DNA from: Ignavibacteria bacterium
GTDB taxonomy: Bacteria > Elusimicrobiota > Endomicrobiia > PHAN01
DNA length: 47,423 bases
NCBI GenBank assembly: GCA_041694835.1
Contig: JBGFRZ010000052.1
Span: 1-47,423 of the forward strand
Reading direction: 5' to 3'
This document shows, in pieces, positions 26,861-36,891 of this stretch; position 1 is the first letter of the stretch, and every line of letters starts with the position of its first letter. Under the pieces are notes generated by a model, which saw only the letters and a list, made by a program, of their open reading frames with translations, was not told the origin of the DNA and did no database searches. A program made the translations under genes and the position numbers.

Positions 26861-28204
26861 TCAATATGTGAATCTTCTTGAGTAAATACTTTCAAGTATA
26901 CCAACGGCAACCCATGCCGAAACAATGGCGGAACCACCGTAACTTAAAAACGGAAGTGGCAACCCGGTTACAGGTGCTAAACCCAAAGTCATTCCGACAT
27001 TTATAAGCAGATAAAAGACGAACATAACGGCGATACCGATTGCGACCAGAGAGCCCCCTCTATCCTTTGAGTCTTTTACTATAACGAGAATTCTCCATAT
27101 GAACAAAAAGTAAATCGCAAGAATAAAACTGCTTCCAACAAAGCCTACTTCCTCCCCTATGGATGAAAAAATAAAATCCGTGTGCTGTTCTGGTAAAAAA
27201 CCAAGCCCGACCTGAGAGCCGGAAAAAAGTCCCTTTCCGAAAAATTTTCCCGAACCTATTGCCACTTTTGACTGATCTATGTTGTATCCGGCGCCCAGAG
27301 GGTCTATCTCCGGGGCGACGAATACGATAAATCTTTTTCTTTGATATTCTTTTAAAGATCTTGAAACGACAAATGATGAAAATGACCCGGCAAACAAAAC
27401 AAGAATGATACCGACGATAAACACCAAAGGCAGTTTGATTTTCAGTTTATGAATGAACCACCAGATTAAGAGCAATAAAACCGATATCGAAAAAAGTATT
27501 ATCAGCGCAGTGTTTATATCATAACTGCCTCTATAGAAAAATCCACCGACACTAGTCCTGATAAAAGCGGGATGTTTTATTTTAATGTATGTGGATAGAA
27601 GCGGAATTCCGGCGGAAATCACACCGAACAAAACTATGTGGAGTGTGTGCCAAACATTCGCGCCGGCAAAATAAATCATAAGGATAAAAATCGGAAAATA
27701 AACGATGGCCGAAGAAAAATCGGGCTGGAGCAAAATCAGACCGACATTAAAAAACAAAAGGGCCATCGGAAAAAAAAGTCTGTTTAATCTGAAGATATTT
27801 TTCCAGTTAGACGAAAGGTATGTTGAGAGCGCTATTATAAATATAAGCTTTGTAATTTCGACGGGTTGGAAGTAAAAAAATCCGAGATTAAACCATGCCC
27901 GAGTTCCCCTGATCTGTGTTCCGAAAAAAAGAAGGGAAACCAAAAGAAGTATTCCGATGCCGTAAATATAATAGGAAAGCCCGAGCAATAGTTGATAATT
28001 TACCATTATTATCAAAATGCAAAAAATCAATCCTATAGCCAGAGCCAACATCTGCCTGAAGACGAAAGTCGCCGGCTCACCCGTATGGAGTGTCGTAGAG
28101 TAAACCGCTATCAACCCAACCAGAGACAAAACGAACGCACATCCTATGAGCGCCCAGTCGATATTTGAGATTATAGATTCGTATTTCTTTTCATCCGTTC
28201 TCAT
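26861..28204 (-). CDS. rodA: Rod shape-determining protein RodA
   Basis: Polytopic SEDS protein with QPD, GYNIDQS, FLPEQHTDF and LPFLSYGGS. Confidence 0.95.
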   Translation of the reverse strand: MRTDEKKYESIISNIDWALIGCAFVLSLVGLIAVYSTTLHTGEPATFVFRQMLALAIGLIFCILIIMVNYQLLLGLSYYIYGIGILLLVSLLFFGTQIRGTRAWFNLGFFYFQPVEITKLIFIIALSTYLSSNWKNIFRLNRLFFPMALLFFNVGLILLQPDFSSAIVYFPIFILMIYFAGANVWHTLHIVLFGVISAGIPLLSTYIKIKHPAFIRTSVGGFFYRGSYDINTALIILFSISVLLLLIWWFIHKLKIKLPLVFIVGIILVLFAGSFSSFVVSRSLKEYQRKRFIVFVAPEIDPLGAGYNIDQSKVAIGSGKFFGKGLFSGSQVGLGFLPEQHTDFIFSSIGEEVGFVGSSFILAIYFLFIWRILVIVKDSKDRGGSLVAIGIAVMFVFYLLINVGMTLGLAPVTGLPLPFLSYGGSAIVSAWVAVGILESIYSRRFTY

Positions 28205-28207
28205 AAT

Positions 28208-30007
28208 TTAATTGCCGAAATCCCTTGAAGTCGCCTTTGTGTCCGTCGGCGTCACCTCCAGATACCGGGAAAGAATCTTTTTGGCGACGGGAGCGGCAAC
28301 GGCGCCTCCAGAACCTCCGTTTTCAATCAATACGGCAAGGGCTATCCTCGGTTCTTGTTCTGGCGCGAAACAAACAAACAATGCATGGTCATCTCCGTGA
28401 GGATTCTGCGCCGTGCCTGTTTTTCCGGCAACAGGCACTCCCTCTATATAACAAGCCCGACCCGTGCCGGAGTCTACGACTCCTCTCATATATTTTATCA
28501 GTTTATCCCACAGCGAGGACTCCAATGTTATCTCGCCGACCTGAAGAGGGCTATTCGACACTATCGTCTCGTTATCGTAGGAAAAAACCTTGTCCATGAT
28601 GAAAGGCTTCATAATCTTTCCCCTATTTGCTATTATTGAAGCAAAATGTGCCAACTGAAAAGGTGTCGTCAATAGAGGACCCTGTCCTATCGCCAGATTT
28701 ATGCTTTCGCCACCGAAATCTTGTGTTAATTTCGACGGAATATTGCCGCTTTTCTCCTGAGGATAATCGACTGAAGTTTTTTTGTCCAGATTGAAAATTT
28801 TAGCATGCCTTAAAAGATTTTCAGAGCCGATTTTAAGGCCCAACTGGTAGAAATATACATTGCAAGAGTTTTCAAAAGCGCCCCGCAAATCCATCCGCCT
28901 GTGGCCTTCCTTTTTCCAGCACTTGAAAGTTCTGTCTCCAAAATTAAATTTTCCATCACAAAAAAACTTAGTGTCTTCGGCAACCAGACCTTCCTTTAAT
29001 GCCGCTATCAATGTTATAATCTTAAAAATAGAACCTGGCGGATAAAGACCGGCAACAGCTCTGTTCAAAAGAGGCTTTTTCGGATCGCCGCACACATCCC
29101 TCCAGAAACCCGCCGACTCTTCGTCCTGCTGGAATGCCAGATTTGATTCGAAACCCGGGGCAGAGACGAACAAAAGCACCCTGCCCGATGAAGCTTCAAT
29201 GGCGACAGCCGCACCGGGATGTCCTGTTTGGCTTATCGCATCATAAGCGGTTTTCTGTAGTTCCCAATCTATGCTCAGCTTAACATTATTCCCCTTTTGC
29301 GGATTCAGATAATTGTAAAATCTTTTATGTTTTCCAAGGACATCCACCTCTATCTGCCATCCCCCGTCGGCGCCTTTTAAATGCAAATCATACTGATTTT
29401 CAACGCCCGATTTTCCTATCACATCACCGAGCTTATAGCCCAGATGAGCGTAGTGTCTGAGAAATGATTGATCCGCCTCGCCAAGATAACCAATCAAATG
29501 TGAATTTTGGAGAGCGCCGTAATAATTTCTTTTCGAAATCCCGCTTATTGAGATTCCGTGCAACGAATTCTGATGCTCCTTAATGGCGAAAAGTTGTTCT
29601 CGCGTAAGTCTTTTCGCTATCTGAACGACTTTTCCGCTTTTTATCGACTCGGACATAAAGCCGGATATCTTGCTTTTTGGCTGTTTTAATATCCCGGAGA
29701 TTCTTTCGGAAGTTTCTTTTATTGAAGAGTTTGATTTTGAAAATGGATAAAATAAAACGCTGTGCGAAAGCGAGCTTTCGGCGATAACCCTGTCCATCGA
29801 GTCGAATATCGTGCCGCGAGGCGATTTCTCGACAATCACATACAACCTGTTTTTTTCAGAACGTTTCCAGTAATAATCACCTTTTATTATCTGAATGAAA
29901 AAAAGGTAAAAAATCAGAAAAAACAGCGCTGCAAAAAAAAAGTACGTCCACTTTTCCACCTTTTTTATAAAATCCTGGTAGTATATCAGCGAATCTTTCT
30001 GCCACAT
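28208..30007 (-). CDS. mrdA: Penicillin-binding protein 2
   Basis: SIFK, SCN and KTG transpeptidase motifs; lies in the mre operon. Confidence 0.93.
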   Translation of the reverse strand: MWQKDSLIYYQDFIKKVEKWTYFFFAALFFLIFYLFFIQIIKGDYYWKRSEKNRLYVIVEKSPRGTIFDSMDRVIAESSLSHSVLFYPFSKSNSSIKETSERISGILKQPKSKISGFMSESIKSGKVVQIAKRLTREQLFAIKEHQNSLHGISISGISKRNYYGALQNSHLIGYLGEADQSFLRHYAHLGYKLGDVIGKSGVENQYDLHLKGADGGWQIEVDVLGKHKRFYNYLNPQKGNNVKLSIDWELQKTAYDAISQTGHPGAAVAIEASSGRVLLFVSAPGFESNLAFQQDEESAGFWRDVCGDPKKPLLNRAVAGLYPPGSIFKIITLIAALKEGLVAEDTKFFCDGKFNFGDRTFKCWKKEGHRRMDLRGAFENSCNVYFYQLGLKIGSENLLRHAKIFNLDKKTSVDYPQEKSGNIPSKLTQDFGGESINLAIGQGPLLTTPFQLAHFASIIANRGKIMKPFIMDKVFSYDNETIVSNSPLQVGEITLESSLWDKLIKYMRGVVDSGTGRACYIEGVPVAGKTGTAQNPHGDDHALFVCFAPEQEPRIALAVLIENGGSGGAVAAPVAKKILSRYLEVTPTDTKATSRDFGN

Positions 30008-30085
30008 AGTTTTGGCGCGGCGGAAACAATCATCAGTCCAATTTTGCCGAAAAATTCCCGTTAACGACGGAATCAGCTTCTGAAT

Positions 30086-30592
30086 TCAAACCTTCTTCGT
30101 TTCCCTCATTTTAAGGTCTATTTTTTCCGCTATAAAAAAAACGGGCGCTGTTATTATAAGATTGTAAAACAAAGTGAGGGCGAGCCAGCTTAAAGACAGG
30201 GCGTATTTGACGCCGAAAATTTCTCCTAAAAAATAATTCGAAATCCAGCGCAACAAAGAGACGGCGATTACCAGAAAAATTTGGCTCTGAAAAAAATTTG
30301 TATACAGTTTTTTGCTTAAAAGTCCCGCCGAGTATCCGAGTGTCGTAAATATCAGGCTCTGGCTGCCGACGAGAAAGAGCGACGCAAAGTCCAGAAAAAG
30401 CCCTGAAAAAAAACCGAAAACGACACCGAAGACGGCTCCCCTGTGGATGGAAAATGCCACCAGAAACAACAGGAAAAACTCCGGGGATGCTTTCAAGAAT
30501 CTCAAATGCCTTGCAAAAATGCCGGTTATTAAAACAAGAATGAGGTAAATTGCAAAATATGTGGCGAATCTGTTTCTAATTTTTTCTTTCAA
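30086..30592 (-). CDS. mreD: Rod shape-determining protein MreD
   Basis: Hydrophobic protein with GFFSGLFLD, located between mreC and mrdA. Confidence 0.85.
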   Translation of the reverse strand: MKEKIRNRFATYFAIYLILVLITGIFARHLRFLKASPEFFLLFLVAFSIHRGAVFGVVFGFFSGLFLDFASLFLVGSQSLIFTTLGYSAGLLSKKLYTNFFQSQIFLVIAVSLLRWISNYFLGEIFGVKYALSLSWLALTLFYNLIITAPVFFIAEKIDLKMRETKKV

Positions 30593-31373
30593 TGATAATC
30601 ACCTGATTCAACGGAAGTTTTAAAAACTCCGGTGATATAACAATCCTGTTTCTATTGTCGATTATCTTTCCAAGAAGGAGACCCGAAGGGAATATCTTGC
30701 TTAAAGGTCCCACGACAACATCGGCTCCAAGGGGAGCGCTTTTCAAAGAAGGATAATTCAAAACCATGTTATTGCCTGAAAGATGCTCGAGAAGTCCGTC
30801 GCATCCTGTATCCGGGATTAGCGCCCAGACAGAAAACATTGGGTTTGTCAAGAGCATCACCTCGGATGAGTTATTAAAAACTTCAATTATCTTCCCGACT
30901 AAAACAAATCTTCCATCTTTCAGAGAAACTACGGCGGAATCTTTTTTTATGCCCATATCGGTCCCGCCTGACACCATAAGCGACAAGCTCCACGAGTTTG
31001 GGTCCATCAAAACCACTTCCGAGATTATATATCTATACGTCAGTTTTTGAGACAGCCCCAGCGCCTTTCTCAAAAATTCATTTTCACTTGCAAGCTCTCG
31101 GTTCTGCATCACTTCTCCTTCATATTCAATTAACTTCATTTTCAAAAATTCATTTTCACTTCTCGCTTTTATAACATCTTTAATGTTTCCGGGTAGATCG
31201 AAATTTTCCTTGATAAAATGTTCCGCCGACCACATGAAGGGGGAAAGCACATATAGGAAAAAATCTCTCCAAGCCCTGTATTTCTGAGGAGTAATTTTTA
31301 GGCTGGTCAAAAGAAGGGAAAAGCTTACTGTAAAGAAAAGAATGTATAAAAAAAAGGCTCGCGGAAGTCGCAT
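30576..31373 (-). CDS. mreC: Rod shape-determining protein MreC
   Basis: TM segment plus coiled coil (ENEFLRKAL), LVGKI and IFPSG. Confidence 0.88.
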   Translation of the reverse strand: MRLPRAFFLYILFFTVSFSLLLTSLKITPQKYRAWRDFFLYVLSPFMWSAEHFIKENFDLPGNIKDVIKARSENEFLKMKLIEYEGEVMQNRELASENEFLRKALGLSQKLTYRYIISEVVLMDPNSWSLSLMVSGGTDMGIKKDSAVVSLKDGRFVLVGKIIEVFNNSSEVMLLTNPMFSVWALIPDTGCDGLLEHLSGNNMVLNYPSLKSAPLGADVVVGPLSKIFPSGLLLGKIIDNRNRIVISPEFLKLPLNQVIIIERKN

Positions 31374-31422
31374 CTAACACCCTCCCACTCTAGGCGGGGG
31401 GAAAATTTTAACCACGAATTAA

Positions 31423-31631
31423 ATCAGAGCCCAGAAGAGAACGTATAGAGGTGAGAGAAGATAGGCAAGGGGAGAGAGATGAGAGAATAGCGTATAGAGA
31501 ATAGAGGATAGGGGAGAAGGAATTGAATAAAAATTTCCATTCCCTAACCTCTCGTCTCTCGCCTCTGTCCCCTGATTTCTGCTCTTGTGCCTTGTGCACT
31601 TGTGCTCTATTCTCTGTCTTCTATTCTCTAT
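31423..31631. repeat. Nested repeat element between mreB and mreC
   Basis: Purine arm gagagat gagagaa tagcgta tagagaa tagagga. Pyrimidine arm cctctcg tctctcg cctctgt, then cttgtgc and ctattct units. Confidence 0.8.
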
Positions 31632-31684
31632 ATGAAATTTAGTTATTTTGCTACAACCACGGGATGATTATATCTCAATTTTGT

Positions 31685-32713
31685 TTAAATTATCGAACGT
31701 TTGGCACTTAAAATATTTTCTATCTCTTCAAGATATTTCCCGGTTCCACGAACGACGCAGGTCATCGGCTCGTCAGCGATCTTTACCGGGAGTTCGGTCT
31801 CTTGAGAGAGGATATCCGCAAAGCCTCTTATGTGAGAACCGCCGCCGGCAAGATAAATACCCCTGTCAACAAGATCAGCCGCAAGTTCTGCCGGCGTTTC
31901 CTCGAGGGTGTCTTTTATAACTTCTATAATGGATTTTGTGGGCTCAAGCATAGCCTGTCGAATCTCTTCGGAGCCGATACTCACGGTTTTGGGAAGACCC
32001 GTCACCTGGTCCCTGCCTTTCACTTCCATCCTTGTTTCTTCTGAAAGCGGAAAAACAGAACCTATTTTTATCTTTACTTCTTCCGCGGTGTTGTCGCCAA
32101 TCAAAAGATTATACTTTCTCCTGAAATACTGGACGATCGCCTCGTCCATCTCGTCGCCTGCTATATCGAGGGATTTTGAAACAACCATTCCACCAAGCGA
32201 AATTACAGCCACCTCCGTGGTTCCGCCTCCTATGTCGACTATCATGCTACCCACGGATTCGTTTATGGGAAGCCCGGCACCTATTGCGGCCGCCATCGGC
32301 TCTTCTATCAGATAAACTTCACGGGCGCCGGCTTGTTCCGCCGACTCCCTGACTGCTCTTCTTTCAACCTCGGTTATACCGGAAGGAATCCCGATAACTA
32401 TCCTGGGATGAAGAAGAGAGCGTCTATTGTGAACCTTTTTGATGAAATATCTTATCATCTGCTCGGTTATTTCAAAATCGGCTATGACGCCGTTTCTTAA
32501 AGGGCGCACGGCCACTATATTCGACGGGGTTTTGCCTATCATTCTCTTCGCCTCAGTGCCTATAGCCACAACCCTTTTTGTTTCGCTCTCGATAGCAACT
32601 ACAGAAGGCTCCCTGAGAACAATCCCCTGTCCTTTTACATATACGAGGACAGACGAGGTTCCGAGATCTATCCCCATGTCGTTGGAAAATAAACCGAATA
32701 ACAGATTAAACAT
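31685..32713 (-). CDS. mreB: Rod shape-determining protein MreB
   Basis: GIDLGT, EEPMAAA and DIGGGT motifs. Confidence 0.97.
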   Translation of the reverse strand: MFNLLFGLFSNDMGIDLGTSSVLVYVKGQGIVLREPSVVAIESETKRVVAIGTEAKRMIGKTPSNIVAVRPLRNGVIADFEITEQMIRYFIKKVHNRRSLLHPRIVIGIPSGITEVERRAVRESAEQAGAREVYLIEEPMAAAIGAGLPINESVGSMIVDIGGGTTEVAVISLGGMVVSKSLDIAGDEMDEAIVQYFRRKYNLLIGDNTAEEVKIKIGSVFPLSEETRMEVKGRDQVTGLPKTVSIGSEEIRQAMLEPTKSIIEVIKDTLEETPAELAADLVDRGIYLAGGGSHIRGFADILSQETELPVKIADEPMTCVVRGTGKYLEEIENILSAKRSII

Positions 32714-32716
32714 AAT

Positions 32717-33070
32717 TTACTGCGACAATGAAACAATCGCTATTTCAGCGCCGTCAGATTTCCTTATTTTGAGACGATGAATTTTCGTCCACCCGCTGGA
32801 TTTATTTTCATAGCGTTGAACTATCACTTCATATATTTTTTTTCTTACATCCTTGTCGGCGAGCTCGGAATAAAGGCGTCTTTTCGAAGCAAGGTCGCCT
32901 CTCCTGGCCAAAGATATGAGTTTTTCAGAAAACCACGACACTTCTTTAGCTTTTGAATACGTAGTTTTTATCCTCTCATGTTTGAAAAGCGAAGTCGCGA
33001 GATTTCTTAAAAGCGCCCGTCTGTGCGACGACGGCCTCGACAGCTTTCTCCTGTTTAAATTTTTAATCAT
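32717..33070 (-). CDS. rplQ: 50S ribosomal protein L17
   Basis: RKLSR..HRRALLRNL and IKTT..KAK motifs. Confidence 0.95.
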   Translation of the reverse strand: MIKNLNRRKLSRPSSHRRALLRNLATSLFKHERIKTTYSKAKEVSWFSEKLISLARRGDLASKRRLYSELADKDVRKKIYEVIVQRYENKSSGWTKIHRLKIRKSDGAEIAIVSLSQ

Positions 33071-33087
33071 AATTCACTCCCAGACAA

Positions 33088-34065
33088 TCATCTTTCCTTA
33101 GGGATTGAGAAAGAGAGTCCTATCTCTAACAGTTTTTTTCTTATCTCTTCGGCAGAACCCTTTCCCATGTTCTCTATATTCAGAATTTCATCCTTCGTCA
33201 TCTTCACTAAATCCTTTATCTTTTTTATGTCGGCGACCGCGAGGCAGTTTTTCGGTCTCGTGCTTAATCCCAGTATGTCAACCGACTGATCCATGAGCTC
33301 TTTCCTCTTTTCATCGACCAGCTCATCGAGCGCTTCAGGCTCTTTCGCATCTTCGGCTACGGAAGTTTCTTTTTCCTCACCTATAAAAACATTTAGCATA
33401 TCTTTAAGTGTTTTTGCGGAGTATGCTACGGCGTCTGTGGGCAGAACGGTTCCGTCAGTCCATATATCAAATACAATTTTCTCGTAGTCAGTATACTGCT
33501 CGACCCTTGTGTTTTCGATTTCGTAATTAACTTTTATTATCGGAGAAAACAGAGAGTCCACAAAAATAGTGCCCGAAGGCTTATTCGGTCTTTTGTTTTC
33601 ATCGCTCGTGGCATAACCATAACCTTTGCCAACCTCCATCTCAATATCAAGGGAAGCGCCCGGGTTAAGGGTAGCGATGTGAGATTCTGGATTAACAATC
33701 TCGACATTGGGATTACCGACGATATCGCCGGCTTTCGCCTCGCCTTTCGATTTGACGCTGAGTCTCAAAAACTCCGGCCCGTCTGTAAACATCTTTACCC
33801 TTATCTTTTTAATATTCAGCAGTATGTTCATAACGTCTTCTTTTACGCCTTCTATGGTCGAGTATTCGTGCATTATGCCTTTTATTTTCACACTCGTGAT
33901 GGCGGAGCCCTCTATTGAAGAAAGCAGCACCCGCCTTATGGCGTTTCCTATCGTATGGCCGTAACCTCTTTCGAAAGGCTCTATCGTAATTCTTGTATAA
34001 GAGTTTGTCTGAGAACTTTCGTCGACGGCCAATTTTCTTAATGGCGCCAAATCAATAATATTCAT
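33088..34065 (-). CDS. rpoA: RNA polymerase subunit alpha
   Basis: EPFERGYGHTIGNAIRR and alpha-CTD. Start MNIID follows a GGAGG RBS. Confidence 0.96.
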   Translation of the reverse strand: MNIIDLAPLRKLAVDESSQTNSYTRITIEPFERGYGHTIGNAIRRVLLSSIEGSAITSVKIKGIMHEYSTIEGVKEDVMNILLNIKKIRVKMFTDGPEFLRLSVKSKGEAKAGDIVGNPNVEIVNPESHIATLNPGASLDIEMEVGKGYGYATSDENKRPNKPSGTIFVDSLFSPIIKVNYEIENTRVEQYTDYEKIVFDIWTDGTVLPTDAVAYSAKTLKDMLNVFIGEEKETSVAEDAKEPEALDELVDEKRKELMDQSVDILGLSTRPKNCLAVADIKKIKDLVKMTKDEILNIENMGKGSAEEIRKKLLEIGLSFSIPKER

Positions 34066-34084
34066 CGATTCTCTTCCTCCGTGT

Positions 34085-34696
34085 TTATTTGGAATATAGC
34101 TCAACTATGTACTGCTCGTTAATATTCGCATAAGACGACTCTTCTTTTAATGGCAGAGCGAGCATCGTCCCGGTTTTTGTATTGTTGTCATAACTTAACC
34201 ATGTCGGAACGTTTGGGGCGATATCTCCAATGTTTGAAAGGATTTTTTCGGCAACCGTTATCTTGTCTCCGACATCCACTCTATATCCCGGGACATCCAC
34301 CTTCTTCCCGTTTATCTTTATGTGGCCATGCACTACGAACTGTCGGGCAGATTTTCTGCTTGAAGCCAATCCAAGCAAATAGAGCACATTGTCCAATCTT
34401 CTCGCCAAAAGCTGTATAAGATTGCTTCCCGAAAGGCCCTTCATCGAAGATGCCATTTCAAAGTAGTGATAGAACTGAGATTCGTTCAATCCGGCTATGC
34501 GTTTCGCTTTTTGCTTCTCTCTTAGCCTTATAGCGTACTCGGATGTTTTCGAGCGGCCGGCGGAGGGACCGTGCTGACCGGGTTTTTTTGCTTTTTTGTC
34601 GATAGGGCATCTCGTCTGGCAGCGCGCTCCTTTCAAAATAAGCTTCTCACCCTCGCGCCTGCAAAGTTTACATACGGAACCCAAATATCTAGCCAT
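34085..34696 (-). CDS. rpsD: 30S ribosomal protein S4
   Basis: MARY, PGQHG, RLDN and VELYSK motifs. Confidence 0.97.
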   Translation of the reverse strand: MARYLGSVCKLCRREGEKLILKGARCQTRCPIDKKAKKPGQHGPSAGRSKTSEYAIRLREKQKAKRIAGLNESQFYHYFEMASSMKGLSGSNLIQLLARRLDNVLYLLGLASSRKSARQFVVHGHIKINGKKVDVPGYRVDVGDKITVAEKILSNIGDIAPNVPTWLSYDNNTKTGTMLALPLKEESSYANINEQYIVELYSK

Positions 34697-34712
34697 AAAA
34701 TTCTCCTGATGT

Positions 34713-34776
34713 CAGTGCACAAGTCATTCGTCATTCGTCATTCACTATCTACCATCTACCAGCCACTATCCGCTAA
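34713..34776. repeat. Heptamer run between rpsK and rpsD
   Basis: gtcattc gtcattc gtcattc actatct accatct accagcc actatcc. Confidence 0.75.
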
Positions 34777-34783
34777 TTTTCAG

Positions 34784-35173
34784 TTATACTCTTCTTGGTT
34801 TAGGCCCCCTGCATCCGTTGTGCGGAATCGGAGTTATGTCTTTTATGAGAACTATGAACAACCCCGAAGACTGGAGCGCTCTTATAGCCGTCTCTCTCCC
34901 AGGACCAGGCCCCTGCACAAAAACCTGTATCTGCTTTACCCCTCTTTCTTTCGCTTTTTTTGCCACACTTGAGGCCGTCATCTGGGCGGCGAAAGGCGTT
35001 CCTTTTTTGGTGCCCTTAAAACCATTCGCTCCAGCGGAACTCCACGCAACTACGTTTCCGTTCTGATCCGTTATTGAAACAATAGTATTGTTGAATGACG
35101 CTCGCACAAACGCCTTGGCCACGCCTGAAACCGTCAATTTCTTTTTCGGTTTTTGAATTTTTTGATCCGACAT
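34784..35173 (-). CDS. rpsK: 30S ribosomal protein S11
   Basis: SFNNT, GPGPGRE and PHNGCR motifs. Confidence 0.97.
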   Translation of the reverse strand: MSDQKIQKPKKKLTVSGVAKAFVRASFNNTIVSITDQNGNVVAWSSAGANGFKGTKKGTPFAAQMTASSVAKKAKERGVKQIQVFVQGPGPGRETAIRALQSSGLFIVLIKDITPIPHNGCRGPKPRRV

Positions 35174-35193
35174 GTTCTCTCCTATTCGCTGCG

Positions 35194-35583
35194 CTATGCT
35201 TTTGCTTCCGCAGCTGCGCGGGAAGCTCCGACAGTCTTTCTCCTGCCGCGACGTATTCTTGCGTTAGTTCTTGTCCTTTGCCCCCTGCAGGGAAGATTTC
35301 TTCTGTGCCTCAAACCCCTATATGACGAAATCTCGATAAGACGCTTTATGTTCTGCTGCACCTCCCTTCGGAGGTCCCCTTCGACCGAATAACCAGCCTG
35401 CGAAATTATTGAATTTAATTTATTGACCTCAGCTTCGTTAAGTTCCTTCACCCTTTTCGAAGTATCAATTCCAGATTCCTTAAGTATTTCATTGGCCAGG
35501 TATGGCCCAACGCCATAGACATATCTTAGCGCTATATTCAATTTTTTGTTTTTTGGTAAATCAATTCCAGCTATCCTCGCCAT
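35194..35583 (-). CDS. rpsM: 30S ribosomal protein S13
   Basis: MARIAG and [10 protein letters not shown] motifs. Confidence 0.97.
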   Translation of the reverse strand: MARIAGIDLPKNKKLNIALRYVYGVGPYLANEILKESGIDTSKRVKELNEAEVNKLNSIISQAGYSVEGDLRREVQQNIKRLIEISSYRGLRHRRNLPCRGQRTRTNARIRRGRRKTVGASRAAAEAKA

Positions 35584-35623
35584 ATTGTCTCCTATGAAGT
35601 TAGACGGAAAACGGTAAACAGTT

Positions 35624-35666
35624 CTTCTACCTTCTACCTTTTACCTTCTACCTTCTGCCTTTTACT
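35624..35666. repeat. Heptamer run (CTTCTAC)x6 between rpmJ and rpsM
   Basis: cttctac cttctac cttttac cttctac cttctgc cttttac. Confidence 0.85.
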
Positions 35667-35780
35667 TTATCCTTGCCTTTGTTTGTGTCTCGGGTCCGAA
35701 CATATAATCCTGACTACACCTTTTCTTCTGATAACTTTACATTTTTTGCATATCGGCTTCGCAGCTGCATGTACTTTCAT
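35667..35780 (-). CDS. rpmJ: 50S ribosomal protein L36
   Basis: Manual translation [37 protein letters not shown]. Below the ORF-track size cutoff. Confidence 0.95.
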   Translation of the reverse strand: MKVHAAAKPICKKCKVIRRKGVVRIICSDPRHKQRQG

Positions 35781-35806
35781 CTGAACTCCATTTGCATTTT
35801 ACATTA

Positions 35807-35848
35807 AACTCCGCAACTCTCAACTCTAATCCTTCACCTCTCAACTTT
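35807..35848. repeat. Heptamer run (CAACTCT) between infA and rpmJ
   Basis: caactct caactct aatcctt cacctct caacttt. Confidence 0.65.
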
Positions 35849-35855
35849 GTCTTCT

Positions 35856-36125
35856 TTATTTGCTTCTATATATTATCCTTCCCCTTGTAAGGTCGTAAGG
35901 CGAAAGTTCGACCCTGACTTTGTCCCCCTGGAGAATCTTTATATAGTGCATCCTCATTTTTCCGCAGATGTGCGCCAGTATGATGCGCCTTTGGGGGTTT
36001 TTAGGCTCACCCGCGACCATAGACTCGCAGGTGGCCCTGGGGCTTTCGAGCTCAACCTTGAACATTGCATTCGGAAGCGTTTCCAAAACTATACCTTCCG
36101 CTATTATTTTTTCTTCCTTTACCAT
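35856..36125 (-). CDS. infA: Translation initiation factor IF-1 with internal insertion
   Basis: [10 protein letters not shown]...LAHICGKMR and [18 protein letters not shown]; 89 aa. Confidence 0.95.
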   Translation of the reverse strand: MVKEEKIIAEGIVLETLPNAMFKVELESPRATCESMVAGEPKNPQRRIILAHICGKMRMHYIKILQGDKVRVELSPYDLTRGRIIYRSK

Positions 36126-36132
36126 AATAAAT

Positions 36133-36891
36133 TCACCAATGCGTTAGTATTTGTGGTTTTTCGTCGACAACAATCATATGCTCGAAGTGGGAGCATAATT
36201 TACCGTCTTTTGTTCTCACCGTCCAGTTATCCGAATCAAGCGTTAGTTCCCATGAACCCTCGCAAAGCATAGGCTCGACGGCGAGAACCATTCCGGCTTT
36301 CAACCTTGGTCCTGATCCGGGCGACCCAAAATTCGGAACCGGCGGCGCCTCGTGAAGTTCGCGGCCAATGCCGTGTCCCTCATAATCGCGCACAACCGAA
36401 AAGCCTCTTTTTTTTATATAGCTGTCAATGGCATGAGATATATCGCCCAGTCGTTTTTCGGGAGTGCTGTTTTCCAAAATCACTTCAAATACGCCCGAAC
36501 CAACCGCAAGCAGCTTTTCAGCGACGGCGCTAACAGAACCGACGGGACAAGTCGCAGCTACATCGCCTATGAATCCCCTGTGCCTGATTCCTATATCTAT
36601 GCTTACTATGTCGCCATTTTTTATTTTCTTCGTTTTTTTCGGGATTCCGTGCACCAATTCATCATTTATGGAAACGCACAACACCGACGGATATCCCCGA
36701 TAACCCATAAAAGCAGAGTCAACGCCATATCCCGACATCTCCTTTCTCGCCTCGGTTTCCAAATCAAACGTTGATATCCCGCTTTGAAGCATCGCATTTA
36801 AATGCTCCAATATATCCGAGGCAATTTTAGCGCATTCCTTCAATATCTCTATCTCTTTCGGAGTTTTTATCTCAATTATTTTTTCTTTCAA
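36133..36891 (-). CDS. map: Methionine aminopeptidase type I
   Basis: HGIP, GHGIG..LHE, EPM and HFEH motifs. Confidence 0.95.
   Translation of the reverse strand: MKEKIIEIKTPKEIEILKECAKIASDILEHLNAMLQSGISTFDLETEARKEMSGYGVDSAFMGYRGYPSVLCVSINDELVHGIPKKTKKIKNGDIVSIDIGIRHRGFIGDVAATCPVGSVSAVAEKLLAVGSGVFEVILENSTPEKRLGDISHAIDSYIKKRGFSVVRDYEGHGIGRELHEAPPVPNFGSPGSGPRLKAGMVLAVEPMLCEGSWELTLDSDNWTVRTKDGKLCSHFEHMIVVDEKPQILTHW

Noticed and set aside
26542-26871. 109-aa + strand ORF, and similar ORFs at 40884-41111, 31408-31599 and 4110-4376
   Set aside because: These are translations of the repeat elements, antisense to or between real genes. Their mutual similarity reflects the DNA repeat.
35667-35780. 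Atypical L36 N-terminus (MKVHAAAK versus MKVRASVK)
   Set aside because: The zinc ligands and C-terminus are intact, so this is probably ordinary divergence.
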